A DNA stretch of 62,987 nucleotides, the filler included, from Folioceros fuciformis (lineage: Eukaryota): the NCBI GenBank assembly GCA_049999805.1. It is 4 parts of 4 records of this genome, joined end to end, with 100 filler letters (N's around TTAATTAATTAA, not from the genome) between each part and the next. Parts side by side here need not be neighbours in the genome. Positions count along the whole stretch, not along the records: positions 1 to 24,280 come from JBNGIO010006079.1; 3 more parts are not named here. One strand, written 5' to 3'. The notes below the pieces were generated by a model. It was not told the origin of the DNA. It ran no database searches and saw nothing but the letters and a program-made list of their open reading frames with translations. A program made the position numbers and the translations under genes. Below are positions 1 to 10,327 of this stretch, in pieces. The first letter of the stretch is position 1. Each line of letters opens with the position of its first letter.

Positions 1-330
1 AAGTCTCTATCTTGCTTTCTAACATTGTGTCTCGTTCTTATTGTACAAAGTCTCTATCTTCTTATTGTATGAAGTCTCTATCTTGCTTTCTAACATTGTG
101 TCTCGTTCTTATTGTACAAATCTCTATCTTACTTTCTAACATTGTATCTCTCTTATTGTACAAAGTCTTTCTAACATTGTATCTCTCTTGTTGTACAAAG
201 TCTCTATCTTGCTTTCTAACATTGTATCTCTCTTATTGTACAAAGTCTCTATCTTGCTTTCTGACATTGTATCTCTCTTATTGTACAAAGTCTCCATCTT
301 GCTTTTCGACATTGTGTCTCGTTCTTATTA
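1..330. repeat. Degenerate tandem minisatellite, ~46-bp unit (aagtctctatcttgctttctaacattgtatctctcttattgtaca)
   Basis: About 7 imperfect copies read directly; the overlapping ORFs are repeat artefacts. Confidence 0.9.
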
Positions 331-1243
331 TACGAATTCTACGATGTTGTTATACAAATTGATAGCTTGTGCCATAAAGTTAGAAAAAGACAGCCCAATG
401 ACCATAAAGTAAGAAAGAGGTAGCACAAGAAAAAGACAATCTACCACCATGAAATGAGAAGAGGAAACCGAACATTCAATGTGATTAAATTCAATACGTG
501 ATTTCAAAATTTTATCCAAATACATACCATGAAAGCCTGAAAGGGATCAAACACTCCAAAACAGCCATCCACAAAGAATTTTAGTAGTGGGGTTGAAAAT
601 TATATCAACTTTGAAACATTGAAGAGAGAATACTTACAACAACTTAAGGCCTATAACCACCTTTCAGCAAAAAAGATCTGGTTGGCACGCTGCATCCACT
701 AGACAAGGCGGCCCGCTACCCTTCGGCCTTCGTGCGTGCTTACTAACATTGAGTGATATGAACGGGAATTTTTTTTCCCGTACATGCACAAAGAAGTACC
801 TGGAAAACTTTGTCCGAAGACGTAAATGTGTGTAACTGGAAGAGCGAGCACACGACCCACGCTTCAACCCTACTTGGTGAAAGAGAAAAGATGTAAACCC
901 ACCTTCCTTTCTTCTGTCGCAAAGAAAAATACCAACATGTTCAGAGAGTCCAGCTCTTTCTCACAGACGTTATCGAGAAGGCTTCCCCTCATGCTTTAAT
1001 TGGGAAGGCACAGTGCGGAGGGAGGACTTCGGCACAGGGCAGCCAAGAATGCCTTGCTGCAATGGAGACTATACATTGGGGGGACGCAGACAGACAGCCT
1101 ACAATGCTACAGAGGAAAGGGGGAAAGAATCATTCACATTGCTAGAGCGGCATGACTGAACAATCTGCCTGCAAAGAAATAAAGTTACCTCACCGCGGCA
1201 TACAGGAGGAGCGACGAACCCTACAAACTTGAATGTTGCACCT

Positions 1244-2719
1244 CTACTTCAATATCTTGTACTTAATCAATAGGTTCTTGGTTATCTCCTGGCAAATGAC
1301 TCTCCATTTTCTGTCGTCGTCTGCATTGTTATGGTCAGGGTGGTAGGCAGTTAGAGCCCTCCGGAAAGCATTCCTCGTGTTGTCATTCCCCAGTTGCAAA
1401 TCGATGGCATCCGGCCTGCGAGGAGGATGAGCCTTGTACACGTATGCCAGAAACTCAGCCGGACCCAGGTTCTTAGCTTCTGTCTCCAACTGCTTTATCA
1501 CATTCTTCACCTCCTCGTACGCCTGTCTCATCTGCTTGTCTTGACTCGCCACTTCTTCGTGCACCCTCGGCGGATTGAAGAGCCTCTTCAGCCTCTGCAG
1601 AGCAGATCGAGCTCGTCTGTACCACTCACCCTTCAACTGTAAATTGGGGTTCCTCTTCACAAGGTCGAGAGAGTTCTCGTAGTATGGCAAAGCGTTCTTC
1701 TCCATTTTCAGGGCTGAACTGTACACGTTGCCGACGCAACACAATGCCAGTGCCTCAGCTTCCACGTCCACGCCCTTGGCAAGACTAGCAGCCACCTTGT
1801 ACTTATCCAGGGCAAGATAAGCCAAATTCTTCCTCTTCAAGGTGTCCGTATCCACAGCAAGGGCTTCAGTGAGGAATTTGTCACCCGCCACCCGGGCCTG
1901 GATAGACTCGCACAGGAGCTGCTGGGATGCCACCTTGGACCTCAAGGCTTTGACGTCTTCGACAAACTCAACCTCATCCCAGCGTGCATGTGCCTCCGCC
2001 ACCTTCAGGGGCTGATAACAATCCGCCATGAGAACCAAACAGGCCTTGTAATCACCAGGGTCTCCTTCCCAAGACTCCGTCTTCAGCAAAGATGCCCCTT
2101 GCTCCAGAAAATGCTCAGCCAACGCTCTGTGTAGAATGGCACTAGCTTGCGACTTGCAATTGACTGCCACCTGGGAACTGAACACTTGGCAGAGGTCTGC
2201 CAGAAGACTGTTGAACTTGCAACTCAAGGAGAGACGATACGCCAAGGGGACATTGTACGCAGAACCCAGCAACCCCAAATCGCGCATCCTCTCCACCACC
2301 GAAGTCGCCATATCCTGCAGACTCAGTTGAATGTTTTCCAGCCATTCCCTTGACTGACGGGGGTGCTTGCTACCGTGCTCCACAGCCGCTAGAAAATTCC
2401 TCGCGCTCGGCAACACGTTAAATATGAGATGCTTGTCGTCCGGACTCACAATCGAGCTGACCTCCACAAGATCAAATCCCAGCTTGGTGAGTCGCCAGTA
2501 AGCAGCTCCCAAGTTTTTGCAACACTTGGCTCGGTCGGATTCGGACACGCTACATGCCAAGGCCTCGCTGTAAAGAGCACAAGCCTTCTGTAGTCGAGAG
2601 CGCCGAATACACGGGGGAAGCGCAGCAGAGATACTGTCTGAGAAGACCTCATTTCCTTTGTCCCGCAACCTGTCGCACTGACGTTGAGCACTGGGAGAGG
2701 CAGACCCTGGAACCTGCAT
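1244..2719 (-). CDS. Intronless TPR-like helical repeat protein with a C-terminal J-domain-like (HPD) segment, ~491 aa
   Basis: Long open ORF with first ATG at 2719 (MQVPGS). TPR-like segments DRLRDKGNEVF...LYSEAL, CCKNLGAAYWRL and GNVYSSALKMEKNALPYYENSL; C-terminus NAFRRALTAYHPDHN...CQEITKNL. Confidence 0.75.
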   Translation of the reverse strand: MQVPGSASPSAQRQCDRLRDKGNEVFSDSISAALPPCIRRSRLQKACALYSEALACSVSESDRAKCCKNLGAAYWRLTKLGFDLVEVSSIVSPDDKHLIFNVLPSARNFLAAVEHGSKHPRQSREWLENIQLSLQDMATSVVERMRDLGLLGSAYNVPLAYRLSLSCKFNSLLADLCQVFSSQVAVNCKSQASAILHRALAEHFLEQGASLLKTESWEGDPGDYKACLVLMADCYQPLKVAEAHARWDEVEFVEDVKALRSKVASQQLLCESIQARVAGDKFLTEALAVDTDTLKRKNLAYLALDKYKVAASLAKGVDVEAEALALCCVGNVYSSALKMEKNALPYYENSLDLVKRNPNLQLKGEWYRRARSALQRLKRLFNPPRVHEEVASQDKQMRQAYEEVKNVIKQLETEAKNLGPAEFLAYVYKAHPPRRPDAIDLQLGNDNTRNAFRRALTAYHPDHNNADDDRKWRVICQEITKNLLIKYKILK

Positions 2720-3483
2720 ATTTGCCAAGCATGCCACCCAGCTCAGTGCTCTCTTTGAGCTTATCCGAGCTGCTGCTGCTGGTGCGTGCACGACGCGGGT
2801 CACCTCAAACCGCACATTCAACCTAATTGGGAAGTGAATAGCTCCAAGCTTTGCCGCAAGGGCACCACGAACTTACGCCCCGCCATAACCAATCCCCTCA
2901 AGCTGCAGGCAACTCCCTGAGTGCGAGAATCACCATGACCGCCAAACAAAATGAAGTTGCGACTGCACAATAAAGCACCTCACTCAGGCCTCCTGCGTGG
3001 GCATGCCGCCTGCTTCCTCGCACATAGAGAGGGAAAGAGCCGGACCTGTCGCGACGGCTGTGCCTTGCCAAGGGCGTGTGGTGCTTTGTCCGACGATGTG
3101 GCCAGCTGCCTCATAAATATCATAATGCCACCGAAGGGCCCCAAAGTGAACCGGGGCATTTAAAGACCTGCCGACTAGAGTACGTTGTTGAGTAGGTAGA
3201 GCCGATGAACAAGAGGCTCACGAACTGGAAGCCGTGTTCCCCTACCTACAGTAATTTCTGATCATATTAAACCGTTTCTCCATTTGCGACGACGCGTTCT
3301 TACCGTTTTTGCATTTTCCTGGTTTGCGACAAACGGGTCCCTTTTGCAAAACTTGGACGCGCTCACCGACCCTATTTCGACAGTCAAACGCGACTCAGAC
3401 TGCCGTTTCACCACCTGACGTAATGTTTGAGCCCCGTCACTAAACACTGTTTGAGCACATCCGTCAACTGAAACAAAGAAAAT

Positions 3484-3580
3484 GAGCAACAGTGACAGGA
3501 TAGGTACGTCCCTGAGGGCCGAGCAACAGTGACAGGATAGGTACGTCCCTGAGGGCCGAGCAACAATGACAGAATAGGTA
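3484..3580. repeat. 37-bp tandem repeat, ~2.6 copies
   Basis: gagcaacagtgacaggataggtacgtccctgagggcc is repeated just downstream of the PAC1 stop. Confidence 0.85.
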
Positions 3581-3605
3581 GGGGGTCCTTAAGGGATAAC
3601 CGATC

Positions 3606-4849
3606 CTAGACATACAATTGATGCAAGGGAGGCTGGCCCTTGAGCTCCCAATCTGAAGAAGACCAGCCGGTGGATTTGGCCAGCCCAGGCGCTATCAGAG
3701 GAACGATTACTTCGGCCAGCCGTTGTACGCTGTAATACTCAGGCCATGTCGCCAACAGTCTTCCGGGAATGCCCCGCACTTGACACTGCAGCAAGCCGGT
3801 GAGAAAATCACAGCCATTTAGATCAAGGGAAGAGTGGAAATTTGCTACTCGAAGCCAGGACTAGGATTACTTACGTAGGTCAGAAGAGCTGCAGATAAAC
3901 CCTCAATGAGACTCCCGGATGGAAAATATGGCGCAGGTTGGGCTTGATTTCCATCTTCAAACTAGGGATGACAGTGTTAGGCACCTACTCAATCAGTAAC
4001 GCCCTCCTCCATTTCACCAAGACAGGAGTGTTCAACTTCAAAGTGGAGTCATCACTCTGGGTCATTATTTTCACCTTCTGCTGGTCAGTCTTCAACAAGA
4101 ATATCCGCTCCTCGTCAGCCGACAACGGTCCCCTGAAGTTCTCCCTCGACACTGATCCCAGAATGATAACCCTACAAGTAGGAACAGTTGCTAGACCTGT
4201 ATAAGCATGGAGTGGAGACTGACATAAAGCACCGAATGAAGAAACGAGGAGAATACCTCCGATACGTTAGCGACTCTAGCAATGTGCCTGCCCAGATTGT
4301 GGCGTGCTCCGTCGGGATCGAATACTGAACAGATACCAGAAGGCAGCGACGGGCAGAATATATGTAGCAGGCCTTCTCATCAATACCTCCTCCCAGTGTG
4401 TTGCCTGCCTGGAAACCAACTTTCCCAGATGAGACTAGTCAATTGAAGCTGTTTCAAGAAATTCAGCTGCTCGCAGACACTCTCACCATGCTTAGCCCTG
4501 CCTGTATCACAGAGCCGACGAGCTCTGATCCTGGAAGATGGTTTACGAATTGCTTCCCCGGCCTTGACAGGGCCACAACCAGCACATCTGTTTCAATTTT
4601 CAATGTCTCTCTCGAAATTGAAGGTGACCACTGCATGCCAGAAACGATCAGATGCAAAACCGAGGCAAATTAGAGCAAGGACCTCAGCTGAGTCCTAACT
4701 CCTAAATTGTGTGGAAGAAGAGATGAGCACATATTCAATACCAGGATGCTGGGAGGTGACAGCGCAGTGTCCGCCGCCGCACTGAAAATGTCGAGCTCGT
4801 CTGGATCGGAGCGTGACGGGGGGCCCGGCTGTGTGAGAGGGTCCTCCAT
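3606..4849 (-). CDS. PAC1: Proteasome assembly chaperone 1 (PSMG1/PAC1-like), multi-exon
   Basis: Exons translate to MEDPLTQPGPPSR.., VLVVALSRPG..LVGSVIQAG, VIILGSVSRENFRGPLSADEE, PYFPSGSLIEGLSAALL and CQVRGIPGRLLATWPE..LYV*, matching recalled plant PAC1 motifs. Confidence 0.8.
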
Positions 4850-5011
4850 GTCGCCTGAACTGGAAGACGGAGAAGAGCAGCTTTGCCTCCAACCGGAGCA
4901 AAGATGTTAACCAGAGGTTTGTTTTTGGTAACCAGTACTATCTCGTAGTTGAGCTTTCGTTCCTTGATGAAGGCGCGAAGCGGGAATTTTGTAAACGCTC
5001 AAGCTCCCGGC
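4850..5011. promoter_or_regulatory. Putative bidirectional promoter/5' UTR region shared by PAC1 and POLD3
   Basis: Only 162 bp separate the divergent ATGs; contains an E2F-like GCGGGAAT motif near 4980. Confidence 0.5.
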
Positions 5012-7618
5012 ATGGCGGATCCAGGAGCTGCGGGTTCTGACGTTCAGATTCTAAGCCAGCTAGAGGCCCTCGTCGTTGATTGTCTCCAAGTGGTGAGCGA
5101 ATGGTTGCTGCAAGTTTTGCTGGTTCTGCTCACTTGCAGGCGTTTGTTTCTCTTGTGCCTTTGCTGTGTTGGAGGAATTTGGCGTTGCTGTTATTCGTCT
5201 ATTAGACACGCCCGTCCGCAGGTGTCTTATAAGTGGCTCTGTCGGAAGTTCTCCATCCACTCCAACCGAGCAAAAAGGTGCTTCTATTAGCCTCGTCTTC
5301 CGGGAGGTGTGAATCCTCTCGCCTATTCCTGTCGCAAAGGCCCTGATTCCCGTCTGAACACGTCAGGATCGCTGGACGGACGATTTTGGACCGCCACCCT
5401 GCAAGAGCTGGATTTGAGTGATTTCTGCTTCTGTGGTATGTGTAGGATTCTTCGAGAGTTTGTGGACCAGAGTGGAAGTGACCTAAACGTTGTGTACGCC
5501 GTATCAGGCTGGACTGACCCTGAGCAGCGGAACTATTCGGTGCAACTGGTGCCCAGAAGCAAGTTGGAAGGTGACAAGGCTTGCCCTTGATGTGGCTGTT
5601 TTTTTTGGAGCTAAGATGTGAGCTCGTTGTCTGAGATACTGTTCTGCGGAGTGCAGGGGCGAAGAATGCTTTAGTGGGCTCTTCTTCTTGCCACGTCTAC
5701 AGTCTTCAATGTTCCCTGCCTAAAGATCCTGCTCAGCTGTGGAGTGTAGACTTCGTTCAGGCAGAAGAACTTTTTAACCAGCCTATTCACGTGAATAACT
5801 GCTTGCGAGATAACAGGTTTCATCTTATTCCTTTCTGTTGTGCAATTCCTGAAAGAGCGTCCTTTAAACATGAAGCAAGCTTGGACGCATGAGCAAACAT
5901 ATCTGCGTGCAGGTTCAGTGCTGTGGAATGTGCCTTAGCTACCCGCAAAGTAGACGAGGCAGTCATATCTGCAGGTAAAGTTGCTGCCAGCGCTCCAGCT
6001 CCTGCTGTGCAGGCGATAGCTTCAGGTCGTCCCTCTCTCAAACCTCTCAAGGAAGTTGAAGCCGCTCGGGCAGAGCAGCCAGTACAACCACCTATCCAAT
6101 CAGGTGCCGCTGTAGCAGCCAATGAAGCGCTCCCTGGCTCAACACGGGCGGGGAGCACGGATCGGAAGGAGTCCAATGTCAGGCAAGCAGGTGCACAAAC
6201 CAAAGGAACGTCAGGTTCTGGAGCTGCAACAAAACGAAAGGCACCTGGCCCATCCGGACAAGGAGGTTCTTTGGCAAATTTATGGGGACGGGCATCCACT
6301 AAATCTAAGGAGATTGCAGCTGGTGTGGAGAACGATGTGCTTCCGCATGCTATAGCAGGTATCTCGTGGCATTCTGGTCATGATTTGACCTTCAGTTCTG
6401 TTAGCTTCCCCTCGCAGTATCTTGTTAGATTTATGATTCGTACCTCGTGGCATTTCTAGTCATCGAACATCAACCATGGCAAGGAATATTGTAGGTTTTA
6501 CTAAGAAAAGGATCACCAACCGCTAACATTTTGGTCTGGTGCTGGTCAGTGGCAGGTGGTGCAGAAGCTAGATTGCAAGCCTTGGAGGGTGCCAGTGAGG
6601 CCAGCAGTGACGATGATGCTTCAGCTTTTTCTCGTCTTAGAAGAGGCCAGACCAAGAGAAAACAGCGGCAGGTTATATTCCAGAATGACAGTTCAGACGA
6701 TGAGGATGATCTAGAGGCAGTTGTCAGCTTGGCTTCACCAGGTCTACCCCGAGCTGTCCCCGAACAGACAAAGCCGGCTAGTCCTTCTCAAAGGCAGGAC
6801 TGTGGCAAAGCAGGATTGCATGAGCAAGCTGGAGCTGATGCATGCACTGACGCTGGACATGCGAATGATGAAGATGTACAAGTAAGCTGTGACTTGGAGG
6901 AGAAAGAAGTAGCTTCACCAACTAGTGTCATAAATTCAGAAACAAGGGCTAGCCTCCACTCAGTAGAACTTGAGTCAGCATCAATTCCAGAGGTGAAAAG
7001 GGATGCTGGACCTGGGGCAAGGGAAATGGCCGATGTCCAGAGAGCAGACTTGAAGAGGAGGAGGCTGGTAAAAAAGACCATAGATGAACGCGGCCGTGAA
7101 GGTTTTTGTCGCTGCCTCTATCTTCAAGATGACTTTGTGATCCTGCCTCTTCTTGTACCCCTTCCTCAAGGCAAGTGTATTGTATTGTAATTGTGAAATT
7201 CCAGTCTACGAGGCTTCTGGTGCAGCAGAGCAGTCTGAGGAGAAGGTAATGATCCCGTTGCCAGCCATGCCTTCTGCGGCCAGTAACTCAAGAACGCATC
7301 CGGCAAACAAGTATGAATACCGTGCATTTTGATCTGTCAAGTTTATGTTTTGGTGCTGTTTGTGTTTTGGTGCAAGCGTGTGATTAGACTGCCTACGTCG
7401 GTGAACCTTATCTCTCTCTCTGTTTATTTTTTCTCTTGTTCAGGCAAGTCCCTCCAGGGGTTGTGTCCGGAGACTTGCCGGCTAAAAAGCAGAACTCTGT
7501 GATATCTGCACAGCAACCAAGGGTTGTTCCTAAGGTGACCAGCAAAGCTGCAGGGAAGGCCACAGCGAAAGGGCCGCAGCAAGGCAACCTGTTCGCCTTT
7601 TTCAAGAAGAAGACGTGA
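5012..7618 (+). CDS. POLD3: DNA polymerase delta subunit 3 (p66/Cdc27), multi-exon
   Basis: N-terminal LEALVVDCLQV|VSYKWLCRKFSIHSNRAK, CHVYSLQ, KRRRLVKKTIDERGRE and a C-terminal PIP box QQGNLFAFFKKKT*. Confidence 0.9.
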
Positions 7619-7739
7619 AGAGTTGTTGTGTAAGCTGTGGTGCCTGATTCTGAACATGCGTTTCAAAGCCTAAGCGTGTCCTTGTTGCATTTGTCAAGAG
7701 CAAAGGCATCCGATGTGATTCATTTTGTGGGCCCTTCTC

Positions 7740-7900
7740 TGCGATATAATCTTGCAACCCTCGTTCACCAGTCCCTCGTGACTGCATGTTGCTAAAAGAT
7801 AAAGTGAACGTGACATCATTAGGCTGAATACCGGCGACTAACATCTCAAAGCAAGCTCCAAACAAGCTGTGTATGCACTGTGCTGTGACCATTGTAAGTA
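7740..7900 (-). pseudogene. Degenerate PPR-motif fragment
   Basis: FEMLVAGIQPNDVTFTLSFS resembles the PLS-PPR consensus M..G..PN.VTF. Confidence 0.4.
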
Positions 7901-8227
7901 CCTCGCCCAGCTTACCGGAGGGGGCCACATCTCTGTCAGCAAACTCACTTAGGGCTAGTTTCCATGGGCAAGTTTTCATCAACTTTTCATATTATTATAT
8001 ATATACATTATAATAAAAATTAAGCGGGTTTGGGGGAAGTTTCAACCAACTCCCACGATGATTGGAGACAAGCGGGTCTAGTGAGTTTTATGGCAATTGG
8101 GTACCGGAATCCACGGTGTTACGTTACGGTTTCCCGGTCTCCGCGGACTTACAACATGGGCAATTACAACATGGGCAATTGCAAGGACACGAGACAATTG
8201 TGCACTCGATCAAGAAGGCACCCGCTT

Positions 8228-8412
8228 GGGCAAGAAGGGAAAGCAAGGGTACGAGCTGAAGCAATGGTGATGGCTGAAGGCTTGGAGCAGCCATCTCAAA
8301 GATACAGCTTGTCATTAAGTGGGCAAGAAGGGAAAGCAAGGGTACGAGCTGAAGCAATGGTGATGGCTGAAGGCTTGGAGGAGCCATCTCAAAGATACAG
8401 CTTGCCATTAAG
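8228..8412. repeat. 93-bp tandem duplication
   Basis: gggcaagaagggaaagcaagggtacgagc... occurs at 8228 and 8321. Confidence 0.85.
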
Positions 8413-8543
8413 GGCGGTGCCTTCGAGTTCTTTGCTCCCCAATTTTTCCATAAGTTCTGCATTACCTTTGGCTTTGATCTTGCCTTTCACTTCTCCAGCC
8501 AAGGCCTGTCACCTCACAAACTGATATACCCACAACAATAGTC

Positions 8544-8719
8544 ATGAGCCAGGGCCCGTCTACACATCAAGGATGAGCCAGGGCCCGTCTACACATCAAG
8601 GATGAGCCAGGGCCCGTCTACACATTAAGGATGAGCCAGGGCCCGTCTACACATCAAGGATGAGCCAGGGCCCGTCTACACATCAAGGATGAGCCAGGGC
8701 CCGTCTACACATCAAGGAT
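8544..8719. repeat. 29-bp tandem repeat x6
   Basis: atgagccagggcccgtctacacatcaagg copies lie head-to-tail with no spacers. Confidence 0.95.
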
Positions 8720-8763
8720 TTAAGGCACCAAGGAAAGTGTGAACATTGTAGGAGCTTCACATT

Positions 8764-9637
8764 TTGCAAGCAGCTAAGAAGATTAATCATGAATCCAGTG
8801 TGATGGGAGGCAACAGGGAAAAGAACAGGAAGGGTACAGAACGGTGGGAGGAAGTGGCACGCTACTGCTACATGAATAGTGTAGTGTGTACTGCTGGTCA
8901 AGCGAAAAGTAAGTGGAACAATCTTGCACAGGATTGGAAAAAAATCAATGACCATTGCCGGCATGCGTTAAGTGCACAAGATACATAGTGGCTGATGAGT
9001 GTGGAAGAGAAGAAGGCTCAGAAATTGCCCCCTAGCTTTGAGCACAGCTTGTTTATAGCAATTGAATTGCAGTTTGCCGATTCACAAGCCGCTGCCCCAG
9101 ACTTTGCACACTTGGGTGACACCAGCACCATGCCACCAGGTAATACCTTTTGCTTGCTCCTCCTATCTACATTAATGACAATTCAGATGAATCTCAAGAC
9201 TTGCTGGCTTCTAATGTATGTGATTTTTTGCAGACACACCTAATTCTTCGAGAGAGGCCTCGCCTAGTGCTGCCCCTCCAGAACCTAGTGAGGAGTCTCC
9301 ATCACCAGCCGAGTCTTTGAACATAGGCATGGAGTCTGAAGATGCAATTGATACTTTAAAGGGTAGCCGGAAAAAAAGGAAGTTGCTCACTTCTAAACGA
9401 GGTGAAGAATTGTTCGTAGCTATGACTAACAATTTTGTGGAACAATTAAGAGACACAGAAGCCAACAAAGGCAAGGGACACAAAGCTCACACGGATTTCC
9501 AAGGGAGAGTGCACCAGGACATTATGGAGCATAATCGTGCTCTTGTGCAGTCACAGAACCAGATAGGTGAAGGTTTTGTACATGCATTCATGAAGATAGA
9601 TGATGCCTTGAACAAGATAGGAGATAAACTATCTTAG
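8764..9637 (+). pseudogene. Myb/SANT-like (trihelix) DNA-binding ORF of a PIF/Harbinger element, with an in-frame stop
   Basis: ERWEEVARYC..TAGQAKSKWNNLAQDWKKINDH..DT*WLMSVEEKKAQKLPPSF, probable intron ~9140-9232, coiled-coil tail; convergent with a DDE_Tnp_4 transposase. Confidence 0.75.
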
Positions 9638-9879
9638 AATCAGCCACTTGTGTCTTGCATTTCACAGTTGGACCACAAGAAAGTAGCGATGTTGTTACGA
9701 AGTCGGTTGGACCACAAGAAAGTACGAAGTCGGTTGGACCACAAGAAAGTCGCGATGTTGTTACGAAGTCGATTACCAGCTACATCTATACTGTGACAAG
9801 GGATAGTTCGGTAGCCAGCATCATATGTCTACTAGTCATCATTTTCCGTCATAGCCATCTCTCCACGGTCAATCAACAC

Positions 9880-10288
9880 GTTATGTAGGTAGCAGCACCA
9901 CATCAAGAGTGCCCACAATGTGTCAATGTCAGTCTTTCAAATAGTTCTCCCTAACATTCTCCATGTGCCTTTAAGCTTACCAAATGCTTGTTCTAGCACC
10001 ATGCGAGTAGAAGAATGCTTAAAATTAAAGTAGTCTTTCTTCACATAAATATTTCTCCCTGAAATGGTGTAAGGAGCCGCGACAGTGAGGGGTATGTAAG
10101 GAGCCGCGACAGTGNNNNNNNNNNGCCGCGACAGTGAGGGGTATGTAAGGAGCCGCGACAGTGAGGGGTATCCCGCGTCTCCCACAATGTACTCCCTGAA
10201 ACTGAAGTTGCTCACATCAATGTGCTTAACGTTCAGGACATCTCTTGCCATAGCTTTTTGATGAAGGCATGAATTACTCAAGATCCTT
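9880..10288 (-). pseudogene. C-terminal half of Harbinger (DDE_Tnp_4) transposase 1
   Basis: EYIVGDAGYP...FNFKHSSTRMVLEQAFGKLKGTWRML. Confidence 0.85.
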
Positions 10289-10327
10289 TGCGTAAAATGA
10301 GAGTAGGCGAGAGCAGACAGAACTTTG

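Noticed and set aside
12-412. Cys/Leu-rich ORFs
   Set aside because: They are translations of the tandem repeat.
3255-3480. Possible MITE remnant between the TPR-J gene and PAC1
   Set aside because: No clear TIR pair or TSD could be identified by eye.
8544-8719. 29-bp repeats resembling a CRISPR array
   Set aside because: The copies are contiguous with no unique spacers, there are no cas genes, and the context is eukaryotic; this is a minisatellite.
10066-10170. Short duplications flanking 10-N gaps (also ~15310-15370, ~35810-35910, ~45120-45225)
   Set aside because: Probably contig-overlap artefacts at scaffold gaps; copy number is unreliable.
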